From assembly GCA_965206745.1 (NCBI GenBank), contig OZ242220.1, positions 352,001 through 416,000 on the forward strand: a stretch of DNA of 64,000 bases. Reading direction: 5' to 3'. A program made the translations under genes and the position numbers. The notes beneath the pieces are model-generated. The model did no database searches and was not told where the DNA came from. It was given only the letters and a program-made list of their open reading frames with translations. This DNA comes from Nitrosopumilus sp. Its GTDB lineage: Archaea; Thermoproteota; Nitrososphaeria; Nitrososphaerales; Nitrosopumilaceae. Within the stretch, counting starts at the first letter, position 1. The number at the start of each line of letters is the position of its first letter. Below are positions 30,231-39,327 of this stretch, one piece after another.

Positions 30231-32035
30231 GGCTCGTTGGGATCCGTGTTGAACAGCTCAAGCTCCCTGTCGTCTGCGATGAACTGGCAGCGCACCACGT
30301 TCTCAGATGCATGTACCATGGCCTCGCCCTTCTTTGCGCCGATCAGTATGTTTGCCTCGTGCTCTGAGAGGTGCAGCGTACCAGTCAGGGCGTCCTTCTC
30401 GGCTGCCTTGTGCTGGAGGAATATCTTGGTGTCAGAGTTGTTAAAGAGTGCAAGCGCATGCTGGTGCTTGAGAATGTCTGCAATGTTCTGGGTTGCAAGT
30501 ATTATGGTGACGTTGTACTTTCGCGCCCTCCGTGCCAGCTCCTCGACTGACTCGCCTGTACTGTCATCCTTGAAGAGGGCCCACCCCTCGTCAAGCACGA
30601 TGAACTTTGGGATTATCTTTGGCAGCTTTGTGGCATGTTGTAACGCAAACTCCAGTGCGACCCTAGTTGCCAGGCGGTGCTCGTCTGAGTTTACCGCAAA
30701 GGAATTTGCAAGGGCGACAACGGTGCTGCTGTTCATGGTGGGTCTTCCGGACAGCAGGGAGCGTATCGGCCCCATCTCAAGTATCTGCATGTAGGAGTAG
30801 TGATCGGTGCCGTTTTGCCGGTCTGAGATCTTTATCAGGTTTATCATATGGTCGACATTTGAGCATCCTTCCTCCTCTGCTGCCTTTAGCATCGAGTATC
30901 TGGTAAGCTTGCCGACGCCCAGTATGTCAGCTAGTAGCGATGCTGCGCGGTACCTTGACATGTAGTGGAACGGGTCCATGCCAAGTCTAATGTTTGCATC
31001 AACTGCAGAGACTGAGAATCCAAGCCTTGATGCAAACTCGACATACTCGTTCTCAATGTCTACAAAGAAGAAGAATGCCTCCGGATACATCTTTTGCGCG
31101 CGGGAGACGATTATCTTTATGGTGTGCGACTTTCCAGCCCCACTTGTAGCGACGATTCCAATGTTGTAGTTTCTCCTCTTCTTATAGTTGTACAGCACCG
31201 CCCTCCTTGTTACAACGTTTACCCCCCATGCAGTCCCCCCCTTCTCTGAGAGTTCCGATGAGATAAAGGGGAACAGCGGGTGAAGGGAGTCAGTCTCCAC
31301 GTAGATGTCGGTCCGACCAGAGAGGAGAAACCTCCTGTCCGAGTACGGCAGGTGCCTCACAGTGGCCCTCATGGCCTTGGCCTTTGAGGAGAACCTCTTT
31401 GCCCTCTCCTCCAGGTTCTTTTTTGTGATGCCTGTCACCCCAAAGGTCACCCTCACTGACACTATCTGCGAGGCGTTCTGGTGCAGCACCTTCTCCTTCA
31501 TGGCATCAATCATCGAGGAGCCATCAATGGTGTCCCTCTTTGCAGAGAGGTGCGCAGTCTTTAGCGACCCGCGGAGGACGGAGACGTATGATTCTGGCTT
31601 TATGGGCTTTAGAAATATCCGGACAAAGTCGCAGTACTGGAACATCCTGTATATCCATCCCGCGTTGAGCTTGTTTGGTACCGAGTAAAGGGAGTGACAC
31701 CTTGCACGCATTCCGTTGTGCAGTATTATACAGGATGACTCAGAGTGCTCAATGTCAAACTCCGGCGGCTCCATCCTCTCAAATGTGAATCCGGACTGTA
31801 CAAGAATGTGCGATATGTCCTCCTTTGATGTGATGACTGTCTTTTCGTTTGCACATGAGATCTGCTTCTTTCCAAACATCATGTCATCATACTCCCTGAA
31901 CATGTCAATTGTAATGGGACCGTCAAGGGAGTCAGCCAGACTCTTCAGCCTGTCTACTAGCATCACCTGCTCCTCGATGCTGGCATATGCCATGTTAAGT
32001 GGGGATATGAGATAGCTGTGATTTTTTGGTCTCAC
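30227..32035 (-). CDS. virB4: VirB4/TraC-family secretion ATPase
   Basis: NIGIVATSGAGKS (Walker A), FVDIENEY, FIVLDEGW (Walker B), RRARKYN, LATQN, GEAM. The N-terminal ISPLNMAYASIEEQ segment is typical of conjugative VirB4 systems. Confidence 0.85.
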   Translation of the reverse strand: MRPKNHSYLISPLNMAYASIEEQVMLVDRLKSLADSLDGPITIDMFREYDDMMFGKKQISCANEKTVITSKEDISHILVQSGFTFERMEPPEFDIEHSESSCIILHNGMRARCHSLYSVPNKLNAGWIYRMFQYCDFVRIFLKPIKPESYVSVLRGSLKTAHLSAKRDTIDGSSMIDAMKEKVLHQNASQIVSVRVTFGVTGITKKNLEERAKRFSSKAKAMRATVRHLPYSDRRFLLSGRTDIYVETDSLHPLFPFISSELSEKGGTAWGVNVVTRRAVLYNYKKRRNYNIGIVATSGAGKSHTIKIIVSRAQKMYPEAFFFFVDIENEYVEFASRLGFSVSAVDANIRLGMDPFHYMSRYRAASLLADILGVGKLTRYSMLKAAEEEGCSNVDHMINLIKISDRQNGTDHYSYMQILEMGPIRSLLSGRPTMNSSTVVALANSFAVNSDEHRLATRVALEFALQHATKLPKIIPKFIVLDEGWALFKDDSTGESVEELARRARKYNVTIILATQNIADILKHQHALALFNNSDTKIFLQHKAAEKDALTGTLHLSEHEANILIGAKKGEAMVHASENVVRCQFIADDRELELFNTDPNEP

Positions 32036-32110
32036 AAAAAACCGCGTGGCTTTTGCTTAAAAGTATGGCAATCAAGAGGTAGAATTTGTTGGTACTAAAA
32101 AAAGATGGTG

Positions 32111-32776
32111 TCAGCACGCCATGTGCTGTACTGTTTTGGCTCTCCCAGATAGCATGTTGCAGATGGCAGCCATCGCGTGCACAGACACCATGATTGCAAG
32201 GATTGTGTATGCTCCCCCGAGGAGGACTGATCCGATGCCAACTATTACGCCATACGATGCGGCATAGAGAATCCATGTCTTTTTCATCCCCACCCTCTTG
32301 TACATGACGGAGATTATGACGTTGCGCTCCTGCCTTGGGAATCTCCCTGACCTTACTGTACTGATCACGTCAAATGAGAGGGCAGCCACATAGAGGGGTA
32401 CCATGACGTGCAGTGCAATCGCATCCTGGAGCAGCACCAGCAGCGCTGCAAGCGCAACAGATGCCACTACTACATACAGTGTCCTGTCTAAAGAGAGGAC
32501 TCCCAGCCCGACTGCAACCATGATCACCCCGACTATGGGGAACCAGAATGCAAGCAGCCCTACGAATCCCTTGCCGATGAGATGGAACTGCCCGATGATC
32601 TTTGTCGCATTTTTTGTAGCGTCATCGCCGGCAATATCGGCATAGTCTGTGGTGTCGTTTGCCACCATCGTTGCAAGCGTTCCACCTATCACTGCAAGGA
32701 TCAATCCGACTACAAACACCAGCCCCATCGCCTTTGAGGCCTCGCCTATGTCGGCCTTGCCGAGTTTCTCTAACAT
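32111..32776 (-). CDS. Membrane protein: N-terminal two-helix pilin/capsid-like hairpin fused to a DUF5658-like domain
   Basis: KA-DI motif, hydrophobic helix, loop with NDT/NAT sequons, second helix WFPIVGVIMVA; then FDVIST...ERN in a multi-TM domain. Confidence 0.55.
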   Translation of the reverse strand: MLEKLGKADIGEASKAMGLVFVVGLILAVIGGTLATMVANDTTDYADIAGDDATKNATKIIGQFHLIGKGFVGLLAFWFPIVGVIMVAVGLGVLSLDRTLYVVVASVALAALLVLLQDAIALHVMVPLYVAALSFDVISTVRSGRFPRQERNVIISVMYKRVGMKKTWILYAASYGVIVGIGSVLLGGAYTILAIMVSVHAMAAICNMLSGRAKTVQHMAC

Positions 32777-32825
32777 GGCAAATCGTATAAAATTCGGATT
32801 TAAGTAAAATTATCTGATACATTCT

Positions 32826-33329
32826 GTGTTAATAATAGATCTCGTCAATGTCGTGGCACGTGCCAGGATTGCAAGGGTGGATGTGGCAGACATATCATGC
32901 AGGGTGCCGTGCAACTATGTCCCCTCCAGGTTTGCAGCACTGGTGATTCCCATCAAAAAGTCAAAGATGGTACACGTCAACTTGTATTCTTGCACCATCA
33001 CATCCACCGGTGCAAACAGTACCGATGATGCGATATCTGCAATATGGGATGCAGTAGGGATCATCGAAGAGTCCGGAGAATACCTAAAGTTTCTTAAACC
33101 TCCAAGTATTAGCAGCATCACTGCCGTGGTATATCCGACAGACGAGAAAATGATACCTATAGTACCTGCAGACGCGCAGAAGGTGCCGTTCTTCTCCTCG
33201 CATTGCAAGATAAGGGATCCCCTTAACAATGCGACCCTGATGATTGCAAAGTCAGGCAGGGTGACGATAACAGGCGCCACCTCGCTTCATGATGTGATTG
33301 CAGCAGCCAAGAGGCTTTTTGGCATTTGA
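32826..33329 (+). CDS. Highly diverged TATA-binding protein paralog
   Basis: Two TBP repeats: VNVVA...YVPSRFAALV...TITSTGANSTDDA and PSISSITA...ATLMIAKSGRVTITGATSLHDV. Confidence 0.8.
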   Translation: MLIIDLVNVVARARIARVDVADISCRVPCNYVPSRFAALVIPIKKSKMVHVNLYSCTITSTGANSTDDAISAIWDAVGIIEESGEYLKFLKPPSISSITAVVYPTDEKMIPIVPADAQKVPFFSSHCKIRDPLNNATLMIAKSGRVTITGATSLHDVIAAAKRLFGI

Positions 33330-33436
33330 TGTGTCTAATTCAAAGGCATCATGCTGATGCGAGACGAGTGATTCATCAACAGTACATTACAGGTGGAACT
33401 GACGACCCTTAACCCTGTTTTTTACTGCATGGTACA

Positions 33437-33838
33437 ATGCTGCTTGCAAACGAGAGCCTCCTGATGACGGTGGCATTTGTAGGACTTGCCGGAGTAATTG
33501 TCGTAATAATTGGAGACGACTATGGGGATACCATCCAGGCAATTAACAGCATGTCGGACTCTAGAAGTGCCGGGATTGCAGAATCAGTCGGCGTGCTTGA
33601 CGTGCAGAAGGGGGGTGACATAGCATACATCATACTCTCAAACCATTCCGAGGATGCAGTAATGCTCATCGGCTTTTGGGACGAGGACGGCGATGAGCTA
33701 GTATGCAGTGATTCGGGGGGCATGTTGGATGGGCTGCAGATACCTGCAGGTGGGACTGTCACGATATCATGTGCCATCAGCGGCACACACGTCATAGTCT
33801 CGACTGCAAACTATAACCTCATCCGCATCAAAACATGA
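33437..33838 (+). CDS. Archaeal pilin/FlaG-like protein
   Basis: N-terminal hydrophobic helix, ESVGVLDV, YIILSNHS, IPAGGTVTI, VIVSTANYN. Confidence 0.6.
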   Translation: MLLANESLLMTVAFVGLAGVIVVIIGDDYGDTIQAINSMSDSRSAGIAESVGVLDVQKGGDIAYIILSNHSEDAVMLIGFWDEDGDELVCSDSGGMLDGLQIPAGGTVTISCAISGTHVIVSTANYNLIRIKT

Positions 33839-33955
33839 ATCAACATGACTCATCCGTTCTAATTGGGATGCCGCAGTTTAGAATCTGCCTCTGGCATCAC
33901 GATTCCCTGTACCCCAGTCCCCTCCCCTTTTATTCAAAAGAACCATGTCCTGCCA

Positions 33956-34444
33956 ATGGATTCAAAACCGATTGCCATAATACTTGGCATCGTCATCACT
34001 GTAGGCGCAATGGGCGCTGCCACAGTATATGCTGGAAACATCTTTTCTGGGACCAGCACCAGCACCGACCTGATTCCAAAGACAGTCGAGATCTTTTCAA
34101 TCGACAAGGATCACCTTGAGGCAAACGTCCAGCTTACAAATCAGGGAACAGGAACGCTGCAGAACATCAGGGGACAGGTGGAGGTCAACGGGCTGACAAA
34201 CCACACGCTGACTGTCAAGACATCCAGTGTGGGGCCATACAAGACCCTCGTGCTCTCCGGACCCATAAGGGACATAGAGTCGGCAGGAGCTACGGGCAAA
34301 GGCACGCTCATTGGAACTGCCACCTCACAGGACCAGGCAAGCCAGTGGGACATGTATCCTGGCCAGAGCGTGCTGCTAAGAATCACGGCAGAGACGACAT
34401 CTGGCGACAGCATAGAGAAGCTCCATGAGATAACAGTGAGATAG
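33956..34444 (+). CDS. Archaeal type IV pilin-like protein, no class III leader
   Basis: MDSKPIAIILGIVITVGAMG resembles a mature pilin N-terminus; VQLTNQG; PGQSVLLRITAETTSG. A TATA-like TTTTATT about 25 nt upstream supports this start. Confidence 0.7.
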   Translation: MDSKPIAIILGIVITVGAMGAATVYAGNIFSGTSTSTDLIPKTVEIFSIDKDHLEANVQLTNQGTGTLQNIRGQVEVNGLTNHTLTVKTSSVGPYKTLVLSGPIRDIESAGATGKGTLIGTATSQDQASQWDMYPGQSVLLRITAETTSGDSIEKLHEITVR

Positions 34445-34518
34445 GCCCGGTCTCCAACCCCCATTTTTTTTTAAAATCCCTGCCAGTCTCCTTTAATGTA
34501 AAAGGGATACCGTGCTTT

Positions 34519-35139
34519 GTGACGTTTGAAAAGTATTTTGTGGCAATAAGACACGAGTCCGAACTGATGACCCCGCTTGTGGAGAGTCCGCTTATGAACT
34601 TCAGCCTCAGGGAGATTGGATACCTCGGGGTCTTTGGACTCTCGGCAGTCTTTGCAGCAATCGGCTCGATACCGTCATTTTCTACTATCTTTACGTTCCC
34701 CCTCCTTGTCCTGGCACTGTTCAGGTGGCACGGGGAGATCCCCGAGATGTACCTGTACTTTATGGCAATGCCGTTCTTTGAGCCATCAAAAAAGAAGAGA
34801 CGCAAGGCAAAGCACCCGAGGTCGGAGGTTTCAGGGTATGGGGAGAGAATGCCCATTACGGGGGAGCAGGCAGTACGTGAGAGGATACAGAAGGTAAGGT
34901 TCTCCGATGAGATGACGCCCCTTGATATGACCCTTGAGATCGGAGGATCCCACGTACATGAGACAGTATCTGTATTCATCGATGATAGAAAGATAGTCTG
35001 CGACAGCACAAACGGGGCAGGCCAGATTGTAGTCAGCGTCATGCCGCAGAGGGGGCAGAGGCGGCTATCAATCAGAGACAGAGACGGCCACATCCTAATC
35101 TCAAAGACAGTACAGTTTGAGGGGGCAGGGCGCCAGTAG
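34519..35139 (+). CDS. PrgI/VirB3-like membrane protein with extra C-terminal beta domain
   Basis: FSLREIGYL, two TM helices, LALFRWHGEIPEMYL, basic stretch KKKRRK; stop overlaps the next start. Confidence 0.65.
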   Translation: MTFEKYFVAIRHESELMTPLVESPLMNFSLREIGYLGVFGLSAVFAAIGSIPSFSTIFTFPLLVLALFRWHGEIPEMYLYFMAMPFFEPSKKKRRKAKHPRSEVSGYGERMPITGEQAVRERIQKVRFSDEMTPLDMTLEIGGSHVHETVSVFIDDRKIVCDSTNGAGQIVVSVMPQRGQRRLSIRDRDGHILISKTVQFEGAGRQ

Positions 35140-36893
35140 TGAGGGATGCGTCGCAGAACAGAGTCCTGCGGTTTCTCTTTTCATACTCGGAGGCAGATCT
35201 TGGGATATCTGCTGTGATCCTGCTTGTCACCACAATAGGGATGACGGTAGCATTTATCATATTTGCAGCAGAGCAGACCAGACTGTTACAGCTGGAGTTT
35301 ATCAACGTGGGCTTTCACAATCCAAAGTTCTTTGAGGATGTCCGCGGCATTGCCGGATTCACCGAGGGCGCACTCTCGTACTCTGAGCCGACATCAAACT
35401 ATGTCACATACGAGCTGATGCGCCAGAACATATTTCCCATCGGTGCTATCCTTGTGTTTGTATACATCCTGATAAACGCGTGGGGCGAGGCATCTGGAAT
35501 ATTCAGGGGAGGTGCGACAAGGCAGATGTTCTTCAAGTTTCTGGGGGTGATGATACTGGTGATGGTCTTTGTTCCGGCATGGGATGTGGCAGCAGTAGGG
35601 ATAGAGAAATTCTCAATATCAATGCTAAACCCGATGTACTCCCATGATGCACAAGACAACTGCGTGGAGAGGCCAGATGCCGTACTGCTGCTGGTAGCAG
35701 AGCAGAACCAGAGGATACACCAGAGACTCGACCAGTCGACACTCGGATTCAATGACTGGGATATGTGCCATCCGCAGCTGAGAATCGCATACGTATACCA
35801 AAAGGCATTCTCCGGTGCGACAAGTGAGATTGACCAGAACGTGATAGGCTTTGAGAGGATACTGTCTGACTTTGCCAATCTGGGCGAGATAATCGGTTCG
35901 ACGATATTTCTTGGCATGACCAAGACCATGCTGCTCTTCTCTGTAACCCTGATAGGACTCATAGTAATGACCATCCGCGAGCTGCTCCTTGCACTGCTCA
36001 TATCGCTGCTGCCGATGTTCATACTGCTGGCATTTGTGCCAAAGGTCGGAGGCATCTTCTCAAGGCTGCTTGAAACCATTGTTCCGCTGCTGCTGATTCC
36101 TGTAATCACTGCTGCAGTCTTTCTGACGGGGGCAGGAATCCTCCTTGACATGGAGGACGAGTTTGTCCAGGCCAGGGCAGACGGCCATGAAAGGTTCACC
36201 TTCTGGATTGCCGCAATATCGCTACTGATTCTGGCAACTGGCATCCCGCTGCTGATGGCCCCGATACTCTCCGGCATTGCAAGTCAGGCCTCCTCAATGG
36301 TGGGTACTGCAGTACTGTCGGGGATAGTGGGGGCAATGAGTGTGGTGAAAGGCGGTGCTGCAGGAACCGCAGCAGGAATCAGGGGTGTCTCTGAATCCGG
36401 ATCCGGATTTATCAGCAGGGCAGGAATGGCCGGAGTGATAGGAGGACTGGGACATGGCACTGCAATGGGCGCCTCAGCGGGTCTGATGTCCGATGTGTCA
36501 ACAGGGGTATCGCACATGGCACCGGGCACCGGTCCTGCAGGCTCTCCGTTCTCGCAGCAGGGACGTGACTTTCTAAGGTTTGCAGGTACCGGTTCTGGGG
36601 GAGGATTTGATCCGCAGGAATCTGCAAGGCTGCGCGGCAACCTGGCAGTGGCACCTGACCCCGCAAGTGTCGTGCCTGCAATCCCTCCGATAGGCCAGGG
36701 CGGCAATTATGCCAGCATGCCTATTATACCGACAAACATCGGCTCGCCGGTACAGTATGCTGACACGACACCGAGAAGCAAGAGCGGGGAGGATGCGCTG
36801 CTTGATACCAATAGTCATATCCGGCCGATATTCAGGGAGAGGCCTGACCTGACAAATGCCGGAGACAAGAAAATCCTGAAAGGGGAAAAGTGA
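35139..36893 (+). CDS. VirB6/TrbL-like polytopic membrane channel
   Basis: Multiple TM helices, IRELLLALLISLLPMFILLAFVPKVG segment, Gly/Ala-rich C-terminal tail; linked to the PrgI-like gene and virB4. Confidence 0.75.
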   Translation: MRDASQNRVLRFLFSYSEADLGISAVILLVTTIGMTVAFIIFAAEQTRLLQLEFINVGFHNPKFFEDVRGIAGFTEGALSYSEPTSNYVTYELMRQNIFPIGAILVFVYILINAWGEASGIFRGGATRQMFFKFLGVMILVMVFVPAWDVAAVGIEKFSISMLNPMYSHDAQDNCVERPDAVLLLVAEQNQRIHQRLDQSTLGFNDWDMCHPQLRIAYVYQKAFSGATSEIDQNVIGFERILSDFANLGEIIGSTIFLGMTKTMLLFSVTLIGLIVMTIRELLLALLISLLPMFILLAFVPKVGGIFSRLLETIVPLLLIPVITAAVFLTGAGILLDMEDEFVQARADGHERFTFWIAAISLLILATGIPLLMAPILSGIASQASSMVGTAVLSGIVGAMSVVKGGAAGTAAGIRGVSESGSGFISRAGMAGVIGGLGHGTAMGASAGLMSDVSTGVSHMAPGTGPAGSPFSQQGRDFLRFAGTGSGGGFDPQESARLRGNLAVAPDPASVVPAIPPIGQGGNYASMPIIPTNIGSPVQYADTTPRSKSGEDALLDTNSHIRPIFRERPDLTNAGDKKILKGEK

Positions 36894-36945
36894 TGTCTTG
36901 GATATGCAACTGCATGATGTGTCTTCACATCAGACCAGATGGCAA

Positions 36946-39135
36946 TCAGAGATGTTCCTTCTTTGTGATTGCAACATCATAGCTGGCAGTCTCTGCAAAT
37001 AACAGCCTCCTGATTCGCTCATTTAGTGGCAGGGGACTACCCCAAAACGAGTCACCTTCTGTCTGCAGGACAAACTCTTTCTCAGTTGCATATCCCAACG
37101 TACCTGCGTTTGTAATGACCAGGTCCGGCTCTACTGTCTCGTATCTTAGTGTCCTGTGCGTCCTCTTTTCATCTGCCATCTCCTTTGTAATGTTCTCATC
37201 ACTGATAGTGCACAGCAGAACCCACCATCCCCTCTTCTCGTTGTATACTGCCGGATACCCGTGCCTTATCCCCACTGCATCCTCTGAAAATACCGTTGCA
37301 CGATAGCCAAACTTTAGCTCGCATTTGTCAGGACCCATCACCTCCAAGCCGGCCTCTGAGATTCTAAAGTAGGGGTTTGTCGTAAACCACATGTGTCTTG
37401 ACTGGTCATGCCATGCATCAGCATAGGTGTCCTCCTCTGGAATCCCCTTCGGCTTGATGGCCCTCTCCAGCCTCGTCTTTGTGTTCTGTGACTCCATCTC
37501 TGCATCCCTTATCTCGTCGATGGCAGTCTTTTGGGAGCCAAAGTGTTCCCGCCGAAGCTCGAGTCTGCCCTCGTCGAGGCCCTCAATGACATGCTGCACC
37601 CACCCTCTGTCCGTGTGGTCAGTCCACTGGCTTGGTGGATTTGACTTGCACCATGTGTCATAGACGCGCCTTGCCCTCAGCTTTGCCTCCTGGCGTTGCT
37701 CCCGCTCAAAGGTCTTGGCGTACATTGGTCCGCTTTGGAACTTTTCAATATCCTCATATGCCGCATCCAGGGATGCAATGGCAGCAAGTATCAGGGAATA
37801 GTCCTTCTCTGATGCGATTCTTTTGGCCTCATCTGCACCCCATGGGCAGAATATCTCATCAGTCCATGCAAAGCTAAACCCGTCTGGAAGATCATCTAGT
37901 TCCTGTACTGTTATCTTTTCATTGATCTCCTTCTTGAACTGCTGCCACTCTACGAGGGACTGGGGTCTAAATGATTCAGGGACAGAACCGTTCCTTGCAA
38001 TCTCTTGTATGGTGTCAAATATGATGTACGGGTTGCAGCCATCCCTCACCCTCTGCGAATCCTCCTCCTGTAGGTTTTCAGTTACTATCTTCATGGCCTC
38101 TGCAAGCAGAGACTGATGCTCCATATTGTACTGCTCAAACCGCCTGCCGTACCGCAGTATGTCTTCTCTTATTTTTCTGTCCCTGCGTGTCAGGTCACCT
38201 GCAACCTCAAGTGGAATTCCTGTGCAGAGGCATGCAAGTACCACCCTTGCATCGCATTCCCCTATCTCCTTGGTGGTGGGACTGCCCCACCTTCTCTTTG
38301 CAAGTATTGCCAGATAGTCGTTGATGCGCTTGAAGGTGCCGTACTTGCCTGAATAGTATTGCGCATAGATCTCCTCTGGTGTCATCGAGCCGAACTCTTC
38401 TGTGTATGTTGCAAGTGTCCGTATCTCCTTTGCGCCCCCGTCTGAGTATGCCTTTGCTATACTAGTACAGACAGACTCTGCAGGCTCTGATTTTACCCTG
38501 ATCTCGATGCCGCGGTTTCTCCTCGATGACTCGTCATACCCATCCCTCCACGTCGGCTCAAAGTAGTGGATCCTCACTGTCCTGCCCCTGGAGTCATACG
38601 AGTCCAGAATATCCAGTGGCATCTCAAGACACAGCCCCCTATCAAACGTTACAAAGTATATTCCCAAATTAGTTATCAGCATCTGGCCCTTGCCAAACCT
38701 GCACTCCCCGTCATGGCGACTCATCAGGTGCTCACCTGCATGCATTGCCAAGTATCCCTCCATGTTTGGCCTGTTCTTTGGATGGTTCTTTTGTACTGCG
38801 ACAAGCAGCAGATTGGCAAGTCTTTTTGACTCTGTCCTCCCTGCTTTCCTCCTCTGCGTCCTGTCCGGAAATGATCTCCCCAAGTCCAGCCTAAAATCCT
38901 GATGGTATCTGCCATGGTACCTCCCCTGTTCTCCCTCCTTGGATTTTGGCGCCCTCCAGAATATCCTTACCGTGTCACGGGATACTGGAAATGCGCAGCG
39001 GATCACATCGAGATTGACTGTAAACACGTTCTTTTTATCATCATCAATCACAACCAGGGAGGAATCCTTGACGTAGAGCTCCTCGTTATCCCTGAGGTGT
39101 CCGCAGTACAGGGGCTGGCTGCTTGTCAGTACCAT
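36946..39135 (-). CDS. 729-aa soluble protein with two N-terminal PH/GRAM-like domains
   Basis: ELYVKDSSLVVID...VNLDVI...VRIFW and GQMLITNLGIYF...MPLDIL...VRIHY...ESVCTSIAKAY; the remainder is not recognised. Confidence 0.55.
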   Translation of the reverse strand: MVLTSSQPLYCGHLRDNEELYVKDSSLVVIDDDKKNVFTVNLDVIRCAFPVSRDTVRIFWRAPKSKEGEQGRYHGRYHQDFRLDLGRSFPDRTQRRKAGRTESKRLANLLLVAVQKNHPKNRPNMEGYLAMHAGEHLMSRHDGECRFGKGQMLITNLGIYFVTFDRGLCLEMPLDILDSYDSRGRTVRIHYFEPTWRDGYDESSRRNRGIEIRVKSEPAESVCTSIAKAYSDGGAKEIRTLATYTEEFGSMTPEEIYAQYYSGKYGTFKRINDYLAILAKRRWGSPTTKEIGECDARVVLACLCTGIPLEVAGDLTRRDRKIREDILRYGRRFEQYNMEHQSLLAEAMKIVTENLQEEDSQRVRDGCNPYIIFDTIQEIARNGSVPESFRPQSLVEWQQFKKEINEKITVQELDDLPDGFSFAWTDEIFCPWGADEAKRIASEKDYSLILAAIASLDAAYEDIEKFQSGPMYAKTFEREQRQEAKLRARRVYDTWCKSNPPSQWTDHTDRGWVQHVIEGLDEGRLELRREHFGSQKTAIDEIRDAEMESQNTKTRLERAIKPKGIPEEDTYADAWHDQSRHMWFTTNPYFRISEAGLEVMGPDKCELKFGYRATVFSEDAVGIRHGYPAVYNEKRGWWVLLCTISDENITKEMADEKRTHRTLRYETVEPDLVITNAGTLGYATEKEFVLQTEGDSFWGSPLPLNERIRRLLFAETASYDVAITKKEHL

Positions 39136-39327
39136 GATTATGGTGTGCGGTGACTATTCTTTTTAAAGAAACAATCCCGTCTGGCAGAAATCAGTCCCTC
39201 AATAATCTCACATGATACACCTTGATTCGTGTACGACATCTTTGTGTAACATGTGCCAGCACGGATAAAAAAATATGCAAGTGATCCTTTCCCTACCAAG
39301 TGATGCACATGTGGCAGTAGTTGCTAA

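Noticed and set aside
30227-32035. ATPase read as a HerA helicase or viral packaging ATPase (provirus)
   Set aside because: No NurA/SIR2 partner, polymerase or integrase; the N-terminal region and PrgI/VirB6-like neighbours fit VirB4 better
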